Origin: an uncultured cyanobacterium
GTDB lineage: Bacteria > Cyanobacteriota > Cyanobacteriia > Cyanobacteriales > CAWUOF01
DNA length: 64,000 bases
Assembly (NCBI GenBank): GCA_963744145.1
Contig: CAVUSO010000001.1
Span: forward strand, 6,112,001 to 6,176,000
Direction of reading: 5' to 3'
Positions 21,437-32,799 of this stretch are shown piece after piece. Under the pieces are notes generated by a model. The model saw nothing but the letters and a program-made list of their open reading frames with translations. It was not told the DNA's origin and ran no database searches. Within the stretch, counting starts at the first letter, position 1, and each line of letters begins with the position of its first letter. The translations under genes were made by a program, and so were the position numbers.

Positions 21437-22759
21437 ATGATTCCTCAAGACTTTCTCGAAGCGATCGCTAAAAATCACCGCGTGTCCAAGACTGAGCTCC
21501 AAGCTTTGTCCCTAGCGATGGGGGGACAATCAACCCGGGCGATCGCCCTAGAACTGAAAATTAGTGAAGATGCTGTCCGGAAACGTTTAAGTGAGATTTA
21601 CCAAAAATTTCATATCGCTGGGAAGGGTCCAGTTAAACTAGCTCAACTCCAGCAACTCTTGGTAAATCGCTATCAAGAATATCAAAACCAAACCAATGCA
21701 GGGGGTTTGGGTCATTTGATCAATTCGGAAAACGAAAAAGCCTATCCCCGTCAAGATTGGGGAGAAGCACCAGACCTAGATACTTTTTATGGCAGGATTA
21801 ACGAACTTGCTACCTTAGAGCAACTAATTATCCAAGATAATTGCCGATTGATTTCCCTATTAGGTACAGGAGGAATTGGTAAAACTACTTTCTGCGTCAA
21901 GCTCGCTAAAAAAATTCAAAATAAATTTGAGTATATATTTTGGCGCAGTCTTTACAATGCACCACCATTGACAGAACTGCTCAATGATTTGCTAAAATTT
22001 CTCTTTAATTCTTTAGATCCAGCTTTAACAGAAGATGTTGACGAAAATATTTTGCGATTAACTAACTATTTACAAAAACATCGCTGTTTATTGATTTTAG
22101 ATGATGTGGAAAATATTCTGCGGAGTGGTGATGTCTATGGGCGTTATCGTCCAGACCGTAACGATTATGGCTTATTCTTCAAAAGACTAGCAGAAAAGCG
22201 TCATCAAAGTTGTTTCATTGTAATTAGTCGGGAAAAGTTGACAGATATAAGCTTGATGGAAAATCCAACTGGTGTAGTTCGTTCTTATGAATTGATGGGT
22301 TTAAAACCAGAAGAAGCCAAAGAAATTTTGGAAGAAAATGAATTAACTGGCAAACCGCAATGGGCAGAATTAATTCGTCTGTATCGTGGTAATCCGGCAG
22401 ATTTAAAATTAATTGTCTCTACCATTAAGGAGATTTTTAATAGCAATGTTGCTGAATTTATGAATTTAGGAACAATTGTGATTAACTACGTGCGTCTGGA
22501 AAAAGATTTTGGTCGCTTATCGGAAAAAGAGAAGCAGGTTATGTATCATTTAGCTAGCAGTGATCAAACTTTTTCCTTTCAAGATTTATCTCACCAAATC
22601 GAGAAAATATCAGCTTCTGACTTAATTGAGATTTTAGAATCTTTAACCCGGCGATCGCTGATCAATAAGAACCAAAAACCAAATACGTCGGAATCCCTGT
22701 TTACTATTCAACCAGTCATCAGAAAATACATCACTAAATTTCAAGCAAATGATCAATAA
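21437..22759 (+). CDS. LuxR-type HTH + NB-ARC (STAND) NTPase without C-terminal repeats
   Basis: AIALELKISEDAVRKRLSEIYQKF; DWGEAP..FYGR; Walker A GTGGIGKT; Walker B LLILDDVE; GNP motif; winged helix LESLTRRSLI. Confidence 0.85.
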   Translation: MIPQDFLEAIAKNHRVSKTELQALSLAMGGQSTRAIALELKISEDAVRKRLSEIYQKFHIAGKGPVKLAQLQQLLVNRYQEYQNQTNAGGLGHLINSENEKAYPRQDWGEAPDLDTFYGRINELATLEQLIIQDNCRLISLLGTGGIGKTTFCVKLAKKIQNKFEYIFWRSLYNAPPLTELLNDLLKFLFNSLDPALTEDVDENILRLTNYLQKHRCLLILDDVENILRSGDVYGRYRPDRNDYGLFFKRLAEKRHQSCFIVISREKLTDISLMENPTGVVRSYELMGLKPEEAKEILEENELTGKPQWAELIRLYRGNPADLKLIVSTIKEIFNSNVAEFMNLGTIVINYVRLEKDFGRLSEKEKQVMYHLASSDQTFSFQDLSHQIEKISASDLIEILESLTRRSLINKNQKPNTSESLFTIQPVIRKYITKFQANDQ

Positions 22760-24484
22760 ATGAAACCAGAATCTAACATAAATTACTGCATTAACCCAGA
22801 ATGTAAATTACGTCAAAATCCTCAAGATTTGTCGTATTGTCACAACTGTGGGACTGTTTTGCTGATCGATGGTAAATATCGGTTAGTTAAACCTTTACGT
22901 CCATTAGATCCCCGTCATCACACGGATATATTTGAAGTAGTAGATGATCAGGGAACTGCCAAAGTCATGAAGGTCTTAAAAGACGACAGTCCCGATGTAG
23001 TGGAAATGTTTGAAAAAGAAGCTTTCACATTGAAACGTCTCCAGAAGAATCCGGGGATTCCTCAAGTAGAAAGTGATGGGTATTTTACCTTTACTCCCAA
23101 AAATAGTGAGGTAAGATTATCCTGTTTAGTCATGGAAAAAATTGAGGGTGATAATTTAGAAGATTGGATTGCTAAACATGGCTCCATTTCTAAAGCTAAA
23201 GCTCTCAATTGGCTCAAACAATTAATTAGAATTCTGGATACTGTCCATCAACATCATTTTTTCCATCGGGATATTAAACCCTCTAATATCATGCTCCGAC
23301 CCAATGGAGAATTAGTATTAATTGATTTTGGTACAGTGAGAGGAATTACAGCAACTTACATTCCCAAATTACAATCAAAACAAATTACTACCAGCTTTTC
23401 CGGGGGTTATACACCATTAGAACAAATCAATGGACAAGCAACCCCCCAATCTGATTTCTATGCTTTAGGACGTACCTTCGTTTATTTACTAACGGGTAAA
23501 CACCCCACAGATTTTCCGACTAACCCAAAAACCAATCAGTTAATCTGGCGAAAACAAGCTCCCCATATTTCTAAAGCGTTAGGAGATTTTATTGACGAAT
23601 TAATGGCACCAGCTTTAGCCAATAGACCCTTAAATACTAAGGGGATTTTGGATTATTTAAACCCTAATGGTTTGTTAATCAAGATTTTCCTACGCTTTGT
23701 TAAATCGCCCACATTTAAGGTGATTATTTTTGGCTTATTATTACTAGGTTTTATTTATCGTTTATCCTATCCATTACAGGGGGATTATTATTTTCAAGAA
23801 GCATTAAAAGCGCAATTAGCGGATGATTCTGAAAAAGCGAAAGCGAATTATGCCCAAGCGATAGCTTTTACCCCTAATGATGCCAGAATTTATAATAACT
23901 GGGGACATATCTGTCAGGAACAGGGTGATAATGAATGCGCTGAATCAATGTTTAAAAAAGCGACAGAGCTTGATTATTATAATGCGGTCGCTCACTATAA
24001 TTTAGGAGAGCTTCATGAAGATTTAGGTGATCGAAAAAGTGCGATCGCTGAATATGAGATTGCCATTAAACTTAATAAAAATATTTCAGCAGATGCTTAT
24101 AGTAATTTAGGGCGTTTATATATTTTAAAGCAACAGCCAGAGAAAGCGATTGAATTATCGCTTGTCGGGTTAAAAAAAGCTAATAATGGTAGAGTTAAAT
24201 CAGCTTTATATAAAAATCTTGGTTGGGCAGAGTGGATGCAAATAAACTATCCTCAAGCTGAGGCTCATTTACGAGAAGCAATTAAATTAAATGAAAAACG
24301 CACAGATACTTACTGTGTCTTAGCACAAGTTTTAGAATCTGAAAATCATCAGCAAGATGCTTTATCTATGTGGAACAAATGTTTACAGCCAGATGACCAA
24401 AATAAAGATATAAATATTTGGAGAACTATGGCTTATCAACGCTTAAACAATGCTAGTTTTCACTTGAAATATCCCGATGAGTAA
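22760..24484 (+). CDS. Ser/Thr protein kinase with 4-Cys prefix, TM segment and TPRs
   Basis: YCINPEC...[35 protein letters not shown]; several TPRs. Confidence 0.9.
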   Translation: MKPESNINYCINPECKLRQNPQDLSYCHNCGTVLLIDGKYRLVKPLRPLDPRHHTDIFEVVDDQGTAKVMKVLKDDSPDVVEMFEKEAFTLKRLQKNPGIPQVESDGYFTFTPKNSEVRLSCLVMEKIEGDNLEDWIAKHGSISKAKALNWLKQLIRILDTVHQHHFFHRDIKPSNIMLRPNGELVLIDFGTVRGITATYIPKLQSKQITTSFSGGYTPLEQINGQATPQSDFYALGRTFVYLLTGKHPTDFPTNPKTNQLIWRKQAPHISKALGDFIDELMAPALANRPLNTKGILDYLNPNGLLIKIFLRFVKSPTFKVIIFGLLLLGFIYRLSYPLQGDYYFQEALKAQLADDSEKAKANYAQAIAFTPNDARIYNNWGHICQEQGDNECAESMFKKATELDYYNAVAHYNLGELHEDLGDRKSAIAEYEIAIKLNKNISADAYSNLGRLYILKQQPEKAIELSLVGLKKANNGRVKSALYKNLGWAEWMQINYPQAEAHLREAIKLNEKRTDTYCVLAQVLESENHQQDALSMWNKCLQPDDQNKDINIWRTMAYQRLNNASFHLKYPDE

Positions 24485-25772
24485 AAGACTGAGCATCTTT
24501 CCCCGTATAAGTAGCTACAATATGACCATTTCCAGTTACTTGATACTTATATGTCACTAAACCTTCTAAACCAACAGGTCCTCTTGGTGGTAATTGCTGG
24601 GTACTAATTCCCACTTCAGCTCCAAATCCATAGCGGAAACCATCAGCAAAACGAGTAGAACAATTATGATATACTCCCGCTGCATTAACTTGAGCCAAAA
24701 AAGTTGCAGCTGATTCGGTGTTTTCGGTGACGATCGCTTCTGTATGTTTGGAACCATAAGTATTAATATGTGCGATCGCTGACTCTAAAGAATCTACAAC
24801 TTTAATCGCTAAAATTAAATCACTATATTCAGTAGACCAATCACTGTCATTGGCTGGTAAAATATCAGGAATTATTTGACTAGTATATTCATCACCGCGT
24901 AATTCAACATTTTTAGCTTTTAACTCTGTTGCAATTAGAGGTAAAATCAAACTCGCTATATTTTGATGCACTAATAAAGTTTCGATCGCATTACAAGCAG
25001 CCGGATATTGAGTTTTGCTATCAACCGCGATCGCGATCGCTTTTTCCCAATCAGCAGCTTGATCTATATATAGATGACAAATCCCTTCCGCATGACCAAG
25101 CACCGGAATCCGGGTATGATCTTGCACAAAACGGACAAAAGAATTAGATCCTCTCGGAATAATCAAATCAACATATTCATCTAGTTGAAGTAACTCCATT
25201 GTTTCAGCTCTAGTCGTCAATAACTGCACTACATTTGGATCAACTTCAGTCTGTGCTAAACCTTGATGAATCGCTTTTACTAAAGCTTCACAGGAACGAA
25301 CTGCTTCCTTACCACCTTTGAGGATTACCCCATTACCTGATTTAATTGCCAAACTCGAAATTTGCATGACCGCATCAGGACGAGCTTCAAAAATTACCCC
25401 TACCACACCCAAAGGACAACTAACTCGTTTCAGGATTAAACCAGAATCAAGTTCACGGTGTAACTGAACTACACCAACTGGATCAGGGAGACGAGCTACA
25501 TCACGCACCCCAGCGATCGCAGCTAATAACTTCGATTCATCTAACTTTAACCTGGCATAAAGAGCAGGAGCAATACCTGCGGCTTGAGATTCTAGACAAT
25601 CTGCCCAATTAGCCGCTAAAATTTCTTCAGTCGCAGCTTCTAGAGACCTAGCTACAGATTCGATCGCATCATTTTTCTTCTCTGTAGACAGAGTAGCCAA
25701 GTGACGAGCAGACTGACGAGTAGATTGAGCGACAGTAATTAAAGACAAAGAAGCAGCCGGAGAAACAGACAT
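24453..25772 (-). CDS. proA: Gamma-glutamyl phosphate reductase
   Basis: [45 protein letters not shown]. Confidence 0.97.
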   Translation of the reverse strand: MSVSPAASLSLITVAQSTRQSARHLATLSTEKKNDAIESVARSLEAATEEILAANWADCLESQAAGIAPALYARLKLDESKLLAAIAGVRDVARLPDPVGVVQLHRELDSGLILKRVSCPLGVVGVIFEARPDAVMQISSLAIKSGNGVILKGGKEAVRSCEALVKAIHQGLAQTEVDPNVVQLLTTRAETMELLQLDEYVDLIIPRGSNSFVRFVQDHTRIPVLGHAEGICHLYIDQAADWEKAIAIAVDSKTQYPAACNAIETLLVHQNIASLILPLIATELKAKNVELRGDEYTSQIIPDILPANDSDWSTEYSDLILAIKVVDSLESAIAHINTYGSKHTEAIVTENTESAATFLAQVNAAGVYHNCSTRFADGFRYGFGAEVGISTQQLPPRGPVGLEGLVTYKYQVTGNGHIVATYTGKDAQSFTHRDISSEN

Positions 25773-25826
25773 AAAAATAGGGAAAGGTAATTAGAAAATG
25801 TGAAATAAATAGGACAGGTATAAATA

Positions 25827-25851
25827 GGACAGGCAAGATGCCTGTCCCACA
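25827..25851. repeat. REP-like palindrome
   Basis: GGACAGGCAAGATGCCTGTCCCACA hairpin, preceded by a partial direct copy TAAATAGGACAGG. Confidence 0.6.
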
Positions 25852-25931
25852 AAAGAAGATACATCATAATCTACTATAGATAATGGAAATTCGATCGCTA
25901 TCGCCCTCTTATCAGCCACCAACCTAAACCC

Positions 25932-26897
25932 ATGTCTTACGATCTCGAAAAACAAACGGCAATTCAAGCAACGATCGCAGCAGCTAAACTGTGTCAACAA
26001 GTACGTCAAGACATTCCCCAAGCATTAGAAAAAAGCGATAAAAGTCCAGTCACAGTAGCTGACTTTGGTTCCCAAGCAATTATCTGTAAAGCGATCGCCG
26101 CAGCATTTCCTGAAGATCCCATTGTCGCTGAAGAAGACGCTACCACATTGCGACAACCGGAAATGATCGAGCAATTGACAAAAGTCACTAACTATGTTAA
26201 AGAAATCATCCCTACCGCCACCGCAGCACAAGTGGTAGATTGGATTGATCGGGGGAATGGTAAATTAGCTCCTCGCTATTGGACATTAGATCCTATTGAT
26301 GGCACTAAAGGATTCTTAAGACAAGATCAATATGCGATCGCTCTAGCATTAGTAGAAGCAGGACAAGTAAAAGTAGGCATTTTAGGTTGTCCAGCTCTAA
26401 CTATAGATGGGAGTACGGGTGTATTATTTGTGGCAGAACGGGGGAAAGGATCAACCATGATTCCCCTCACTGGTGGAGAACCTCGTAGCATCCATGTAGT
26501 TAGTGCAGGAAATATTAGCAATTACCGTTTTGCTGAAAGTGTAGAAACAAGTCATGGAGACAGCGATCGCCAAGTAGCAGTCGCTAAAGCAGTCGGGATT
26601 ACAGCACCTTCGATTCGGATGGATAGTCAAGCTAAATATGGCGCAGTTGCTTGTGGTATGGCAGCATTATATATCCGATTACCATCACCTCAAAACCCAG
26701 ACTATCGGGAGAATATTTGGGATCATGCCGCTGGGACAATTATAGTTGAAGAAGCTGGTGGCATAGTGACAGATATGTATGGTTTACCACTGAATTTTTC
26801 CGAAGGAATTAAGATGATTGATAATCAGGGAGTAATTGCTAGTAATGGTGCAATTCATGAGCAAATTTTAGCTGTGTTTCGCGAAAAAATACATTAA
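25932..26897 (+). CDS. 3'(2'),5'-bisphosphate nucleotidase (HAL2/CysQ-like)
   Basis: SPVTVADFG, AEED, LDPIDGTKGF, DSQAKYG, IWDHAAG. Confidence 0.92.
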   Translation: MSYDLEKQTAIQATIAAAKLCQQVRQDIPQALEKSDKSPVTVADFGSQAIICKAIAAAFPEDPIVAEEDATTLRQPEMIEQLTKVTNYVKEIIPTATAAQVVDWIDRGNGKLAPRYWTLDPIDGTKGFLRQDQYAIALALVEAGQVKVGILGCPALTIDGSTGVLFVAERGKGSTMIPLTGGEPRSIHVVSAGNISNYRFAESVETSHGDSDRQVAVAKAVGITAPSIRMDSQAKYGAVACGMAALYIRLPSPQNPDYRENIWDHAAGTIIVEEAGGIVTDMYGLPLNFSEGIKMIDNQGVIASNGAIHEQILAVFREKIH

Positions 26898-26947
26898 GAA
26901 GCTTTTTAATGATAAGATCATATTAGTTTATCAAATACTCTTAAAAA

Positions 26948-27310
26948 ATGCTAAGAAATTTCCTGATTACTGTTACCTTATTATCAAGCCTGCCGCTCCT
27001 GGCTTTTCAGGCTAATGCGACTGAACATCGATGTGGATGGTTACAAAATCCCACACCAGGAAATTGGTGGTTAAATGATAAAGATGGAAGATGGATTATC
27101 TCAGCTCAAGGAGGATATCAAGCTCAAGGAATGGATAACCTCCCCAACATTAGCGATGATCAATATGTAAAAACTAATGGTTACCACGGATATGGTTGTG
27201 CTTGTCTAGATGTAGAAACTAATGATAATATGCAGATCACAAGCATTCAAGGTGGCCAAGCGTCGCTCTTGGAAATATGTCGCAAAGATAACACATTACC
27301 AAAGCCATGA
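26948..27310 (+). CDS. Secreted DUF4087-like protein
   Basis: Signal peptide; RCGWLQNPTPGNWWL.DKDG.W, YGCAC. Confidence 0.7.
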   Translation: MLRNFLITVTLLSSLPLLAFQANATEHRCGWLQNPTPGNWWLNDKDGRWIISAQGGYQAQGMDNLPNISDDQYVKTNGYHGYGCACLDVETNDNMQITSIQGGQASLLEICRKDNTLPKP

Positions 27311-27512
27311 AATTTGTGGGTTTTCCTGGTCTGAGTAAATTTTGTAACAATTGATAAAGTTCTGCATAAAAGTAGCTGTTTCTACCAGAGATATTAGTAG
27401 CACAGGAAGTTTGTTGCTGGAATAGCGACCAAATGGTTACTTGAAATCAGGGCGATCGCGATCTAGATGACTCCTTTGCTAAGACCAAATCAACTGGATA
27501 AACACCACAAAA

Positions 27513-27968
27513 ATGATTATGCAATTTCCATCTAAAGCAACGGTTGCTCTATTTGCATTGGGTACGCTGACAACCGTCACGACTCTGACCACAACTTCTC
27601 TATTTAACCCTCAACCAGCCAATGCGGCACAGTTTTGTCAATGTGTAGGATATGTAGCAAACCGTTTTCACATTAGTATTCCAGCTAATGCTAAAGATGC
27701 TGGACCAGTTTTAGCTCGGAATGGATTTAGAAGAGTGAGTCCTCAAGCTGGTGCGATCGTAATTATGCAACCCTCTTTTCCAGGTGCAGACAAAACTTAT
27801 GGTCATATTGGGGTAGTCGAAAGCATTCAGCCTAATGGTCATATTACTGTCCGCGCAGCCAATCAAATTGGTAATAAATTTACTGAGGATAACTGTAATA
27901 ATGTGACCGTAATCGGTTTTCGTCAGAGTGTCTCTGGTCGTTCAGATGTTTCGTTTTGGGTTCGGTAA
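27513..27968 (+). CDS. Secreted CHAP-domain amidase/peptidase
   Basis: Signal peptide ending ANA; CQCVGYV (Cys), YGHIGVVE (His), RAAN. Confidence 0.75.
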   Translation: MIMQFPSKATVALFALGTLTTVTTLTTTSLFNPQPANAAQFCQCVGYVANRFHISIPANAKDAGPVLARNGFRRVSPQAGAIVIMQPSFPGADKTYGHIGVVESIQPNGHITVRAANQIGNKFTEDNCNNVTVIGFRQSVSGRSDVSFWVR

Positions 27969-27991
27969 GGAAAATCTAAGTATGTAGCTTA

Positions 27992-28127
27992 TACCAATTT
28001 TTGATGAAACTGCATAGAATTGATTCCCCCAACCCCCTTAACAAGGGGGAGCATGAATTAAAAGTCCCCCTTTTTAAGGGGGATGCGAGGGGGATCGAAA
28101 TCTGTGCAACTTCACATTAAATTGGTA
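27992..28127. mobile_element. MITE-like element with TIRs and TTA target-site duplication, carrying CCCCC/GGGGG hairpin cargo
   Basis: TTA|TACCAATTTTTGATGAAACTGCATAGA ... TCTGTGCAACTTCACATTAAATTGGTA|TTA. Confidence 0.75.
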
Positions 28128-28232
28128 TTATACCTGGGAATTAATTAAAAAATTCCCGGGTGAAAACTCGAAAATTCAGAAGATTACAGAGCGATCGCCC
28201 GACTGGAAACCATTAAGCTGTAAAATATCAAT

Positions 28233-28532
28233 ATGGCTAAACCAACTGAAATTAAAGAACAACAACATCCCTTATATAACGCCGATCGCCAGATTCTGAA
28301 TGAGTTATTACAAATAACTCAAAATCCTAATAATTATCAACTGGTAGAATTGGCAAGATTAACAATCCGTTACCGAGGATTTCCCGGAGCTAGAGATATT
28401 CAACAAGACTTAAATCGTCTTCTTAATCAATGGAAATTGAGTGAAGAAGCACTCTATGAAAAAACTCGCTCCATTCATGAAATCGCCCAAGTATATCGAA
28501 ATAAAAAACAAGAGCAAGAAGATTGGGATTAA
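28233..28532 (+). CDS. DUF3288-family protein
   Basis: QQHPLY..DR, LVELARL.IRYRGFPGARDIQ, EDW end. Confidence 0.8.
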   Translation: MAKPTEIKEQQHPLYNADRQILNELLQITQNPNNYQLVELARLTIRYRGFPGARDIQQDLNRLLNQWKLSEEALYEKTRSIHEIAQVYRNKKQEQEDWD

Positions 28533-28538
28533 ATTAAT

Positions 28539-29975
28539 TTACTTGATTTCATTAACCACGCGAGGAGCTGATTGATTAACCTCTGCTGCTAAGGGAGTAA
28601 TTTGTTTATTCATAGTTTCAGTCAAAGGAGCGAGGGTTTTAGCTAACTCAGCTTGTTTTTGTAATTCCTGGGTAGAAGATACCAAACCACTTAAACCATT
28701 AACTAATCGACGTAGATTATTACGAAAAGCTGGATCTCCAGTCAAATCATCTAAATCCGAGGTAATTTTTTGAGCATTTTGAAAAGTAGCACGAGCTGAA
28801 TCTAAAGTTTGTTGCAATAATAATAAATTAGTAGGATTATTAGCAGCATTAGATAAATCTCGCAAATTAGCTGATGCTTTAGCAGCATTAGCAGATAAAA
28901 CTTCTAGATTTTGTAATAATTGCCCTTGTTTAATTTGATTAACTAAAGGAGTGAAATTAGCAACAGTAAGATGTAATTGAGTGCTAGTTTCACTAATTTC
29001 ATTAAGAGTTTTGGTTAACGTATTACGATTAGTCACAAGCAGAGTATCTAAATTATCAACTAATTGATTAATTTTATTAGAAGTTGTCCCTAGTTGACGA
29101 GTAGTTTGATTAGCTTGATCCGCAGTTGAATTAATTTGACGATTCAGATTATTTGCGGTTAATTCTATTTGACGATTAGCTTGATTTGCGGTAATTCCAA
29201 TCTGCTGTGCTGCTACATTAATTTGATTAGTTGTTTGAGTGAGTTGATGATTAAGTTGACTCGTAGTTCCACCAATTTGATTAACTAAGGAACTAACTCC
29301 CTCCGTAGTCCGATTAATTGCATCAGCAGAAACTACAGCAGAAGTAGCTAGAATTTTGATTTGGTCTTCTACTGTTTGAGTTAAACTAGATAGATCATGA
29401 GTTAATTGAGTCACACCTTCACTCGCGGTAGCTGCATTTTTCACCACCGTGGTAAAATTAGTAATAAAAGTTGGATCACTTAAAATATTACCTAACTTTA
29501 CAGTCACCCGCAAAAGGTCATTCAAACTCACCCCAACTTCACCAGCTAATTGGGAACGATCGCAAATAATTAAAGTCCGATCGCAATCAGCATCAAGGGG
29601 TTTTTTAATATTACCTAAATTAGCTATTTCCTTGATGGGTGTAATATCAATAGCAGTCTCGCTAATTAAACCAGCTTGATTAGCTTCAATCATAATATTG
29701 AGAGGAATGATTAAATCAGCTGGGGAAATTTCAATCTGGACATCTACCCCATGGGGTCCAGGTTTAATTCCGATAATTTTCCCAACCGTAACTCCACGAT
29801 AGCGCACAGGAGCGCCCACTTGCATTCCTCCGGCATTAGCAAATTTAACGATCGCAGTATAGCTATTTCGACTAAAGGGAATTCCACGTAACCAAAAAAC
29901 TAACACAACAAATAAACCCATCCCCATCAAGAGCAACAATCCTAGAGAACCTTCTCGAACTCTTCGCGATCGCAT
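28539..29975 (-). CDS. MlaD/Mce-family substrate-binding protein (Ycf22-like)
   Basis: REGSLGL TM, GMQVGAPVRYRGVTVG, long helical tail; ATG 29975. Confidence 0.88.
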   Translation of the reverse strand: MRSRRVREGSLGLLLLMGMGLFVVLVFWLRGIPFSRNSYTAIVKFANAGGMQVGAPVRYRGVTVGKIIGIKPGPHGVDVQIEISPADLIIPLNIMIEANQAGLISETAIDITPIKEIANLGNIKKPLDADCDRTLIICDRSQLAGEVGVSLNDLLRVTVKLGNILSDPTFITNFTTVVKNAATASEGVTQLTHDLSSLTQTVEDQIKILATSAVVSADAINRTTEGVSSLVNQIGGTTSQLNHQLTQTTNQINVAAQQIGITANQANRQIELTANNLNRQINSTADQANQTTRQLGTTSNKINQLVDNLDTLLVTNRNTLTKTLNEISETSTQLHLTVANFTPLVNQIKQGQLLQNLEVLSANAAKASANLRDLSNAANNPTNLLLLQQTLDSARATFQNAQKITSDLDDLTGDPAFRNNLRRLVNGLSGLVSSTQELQKQAELAKTLAPLTETMNKQITPLAAEVNQSAPRVVNEIK

Positions 29976-30056
29976 ATTAACTCCTCTAGTTGACGATAAC
30001 AATTCTGGATTTAATCGCTTAAATCGAGCATTATGCTGATTGCTCTCACCAGTATT

Positions 30057-30839
30057 TTAACCGACTACATGAATCGGACCATCAACACTACCACTAAAAA
30101 ATTGCCGAATCAGAGGATTATCAGTTTCATCGATTTCATTAATACGACCTTCCCACTGGATCTGGCCTTGATAAAGCAAGACAATGCGATCGGCAGTACG
30201 ACGAATGGTACTATCTTGATGAGTAACTATGGTATAAGTACCACAACAACTCTCTGCAAATTGCAATTCGCGAATTAAATCTTCAATTACCGTCGAAGCA
30301 ATTGGGTCTAAACCAGCAGTAGGTTCATCATAAAGGAGAACTTGGGCATTATGCTGAGGTTCTTCTGGATTGGTCATAATTGCACGAGCAAAACTGACCC
30401 GTTTACGCATTCCTCCAGATAACTGAGCGGGATAGCGATCGCCAATATCTGGTAATCCTACCATAGTTAGTTTTTCATTTACCAACTCGCGAATGCGCCG
30501 ACGGGGTAATTTTGAATACTGGTAAAGTAAAAAACCAATATTTTCTTCAACAGTGAGAGAATCAAACAAAGCTGCTTGTTGAAATACCATCCCAATGCTA
30601 ATGGGATCAGATATATCATCTACCCATCCCCGTCTTCTTTGTCCCATGACATAAACATCACCAGCATCTGGAGCTAACAAACCAGCGATAACACGTAGAA
30701 TCGTGGATTTTCCAGTGCCCGAAGGACCAATAATCGCTAGTGCTTCTCCCTGTTGAATCGTTAGGTTTACCTCGTTTAATACCAACTTACCACCAAACAA
30801 CTTACAAATACCTTTCAGTTCAATTAATGGCTTAGACAT
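30057..30839 (-). CDS. ABC transporter ATP-binding protein (MlaF/Mkl-like)
   Basis: GPSGTGKS, LSGGMRKRVSFARA, LLYDEPTAGLDP; upstream of MlaD. Confidence 0.92.
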   Translation of the reverse strand: MSKPLIELKGICKLFGGKLVLNEVNLTIQQGEALAIIGPSGTGKSTILRVIAGLLAPDAGDVYVMGQRRRGWVDDISDPISIGMVFQQAALFDSLTVEENIGFLLYQYSKLPRRRIRELVNEKLTMVGLPDIGDRYPAQLSGGMRKRVSFARAIMTNPEEPQHNAQVLLYDEPTAGLDPIASTVIEDLIRELQFAESCCGTYTIVTHQDSTIRRTADRIVLLYQGQIQWEGRINEIDETDNPLIRQFFSGSVDGPIHVVG

Positions 30840-31301
30840 AGTTAGCGCAATTTTTGTCTAAAATTAAAGAGGAAAGCTCTCTAATGAAACTTGCGGATTA
30901 TTTGAATTGAGGGAAGTATATCTTAATTACATCTAGTTTCAGGGTCAAACTGTCTAGAAATTGTCAATTTATCTGGTCAAACTGAATTTCACCTAGAAGA
31001 AAGATGGGGAAAAATGGTTAAATCGTGATCAGATCCTGAGCCAATAGCTATAATATGTATATATACTTATCAGATGGTTAACCAACCAGGTTTCCGGAAT
31101 GGATCTAGTCGCCAACGGAATTAAATAACAGGAGTAGGGAATAGAAGAGCAAAAATCTAGATCATTCTCTCGCTCAGATCTCAGACACTTAACCATTAGG
31201 GCTACAGGAGTCTTGAAAATGCTTACAGTTAAAGGCAAAGTGAGTCCCGTAAGAACTAAATATGGTCAATAATTTATCTCCGTGATGGTTAAAATGATGC
31301 C

Positions 31302-31329
31302 GTAGGGGCAGATTGCCATACACCCTTAC
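31302..31329. repeat. Degenerate GTAG-type REP palindrome
   Basis: GTAGGGGCAGATTGCCATACACCCTTAC. Confidence 0.4.
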
Positions 31330-31425
31330 CACATTTTTCCATATCATCGCTCCTGATAGAGGCGATCGGATCAGAATTAGAGTGAAATCATGTAAATTGC
31401 CTATACCTCCTGGCCAAAATCAGCC

Positions 31426-32799
31426 ATGTCAATCGGGTTACTAAAACAAGCTCTACGTACCCTTAAGTACGAATCGCGCAGTCGCACCCCCCATCGAGTC
31501 AACCAATGGTTTAAATGGCTAGCACCTGGATTATTTGTCAAACGCTGGTTAATTCTCATCGTTGGTGGTGTCATGATCAGTCTGCTGGGATTAGCAATCT
31601 GGATTAGACTCACACCTATTTATAGAGTAATTCAGTTGATTGAAACGCTGTTGGGAACAATTACCAGCATTATCCCTAACCATATCAGCGGTCCGGCGGT
31701 ATTTATCGTAGGAATTCTCTTATTAGTTTGGGGACAAAGTCGGACTGTTAACTCGATTAGTAAAGTCTTGCGACCTGGTGGTGATCAAGAACTGGTTGAT
31801 GTGTTGTTAAATCATCGTCGCTTAAATCGAGGACCAAAAATCGTGGCGATCGGTGGTGGGACGGGTCTATCTACCTTGTTGCGTGGGTTAAAAGAATTTA
31901 GCGCCAATATTACCGCGATCGTAACTGTAGCTGATGATGGTGGTTCTTCAGGAAGACTGAGAAGGGAAATTGGTGTCCTTCCACCAGGAGATATTCGCAA
32001 CTGTTTAGCAGCTTTAGCAGATGAGGAAAAGTTATTAACTGAGCTGTTTCAATATCGATTTCGGGCAGGAAATGGCTTAATTGGTCACAGTTTTGGTAAC
32101 TTGTTTCTGACGGCAATGAGTGATATTACTGGGGATCTCGAACAAGCGATCGCTGCGAGTTCCCAAGTATTAGCTGTACGTGGTCGAGTTTTGCCTGCTA
32201 CCCTAAGTGATGTACGTCTCTGGGCAGAATTAGCTGATGGTCGTCGGATTGATGGTGAATCAAGTATTACCGAAGCTGGGGGCAAAATTATTAAAATTGG
32301 CTGTAATCCCGCTGACCCACCAGCTTTACCCGCAGTCTTACAAGCCATCTATGAAGCTGATTTGATTATTATTGGACCGGGGAGTTTATATACGAGTGTG
32401 ATTCCCAATTTGCTTGTCCCGGAAATTACTGCGGCGATCGCTGCGGCTTCGAGTCCTAGTATCTATGTCTGTAATATTATGACTCAACCGGGAGAAACTC
32501 AAGGATATAGTGTCGCTGACCATATTCGGGCAATTGATCATGCTTGTGGTAAGAATTTATTTAGTGCTGTTTTAGTGCAAAGTAAAGTTCCCTCGGCTAA
32601 AGCTTTAATTCGCTATGCTCAAGATAGTTCTAATCCCGTTTTTTTAGATCAAGAAGAAGTGGTAAAATTGGGTCGTGAAGTGGTTTTAGCTAATGTGATG
32701 GATGAAGATGAAAACACAGGTTTAGTCCGTCACAATTCCCAGCGATTAGCACGGATGTTATTACGTTGGTATAGTCGGGTTCAAGGTTTATCCCATTGA
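31426..32799 (+). CDS. YvcK/CofD-family gluconeogenesis factor
   Basis: [42 protein letters not shown]. Confidence 0.92.
   Translation: MSIGLLKQALRTLKYESRSRTPHRVNQWFKWLAPGLFVKRWLILIVGGVMISLLGLAIWIRLTPIYRVIQLIETLLGTITSIIPNHISGPAVFIVGILLLVWGQSRTVNSISKVLRPGGDQELVDVLLNHRRLNRGPKIVAIGGGTGLSTLLRGLKEFSANITAIVTVADDGGSSGRLRREIGVLPPGDIRNCLAALADEEKLLTELFQYRFRAGNGLIGHSFGNLFLTAMSDITGDLEQAIAASSQVLAVRGRVLPATLSDVRLWAELADGRRIDGESSITEAGGKIIKIGCNPADPPALPAVLQAIYEADLIIIGPGSLYTSVIPNLLVPEITAAIAAASSPSIYVCNIMTQPGETQGYSVADHIRAIDHACGKNLFSAVLVQSKVPSAKALIRYAQDSSNPVFLDQEEVVKLGREVVLANVMDEDENTGLVRHNSQRLARMLLRWYSRVQGLSH

Noticed and set aside
29040..29300. Quasi-repetitive Q/N/T-rich segment in MlaD
   Set aside because: Helical extensions of variable length are ordinary in Mce proteins.
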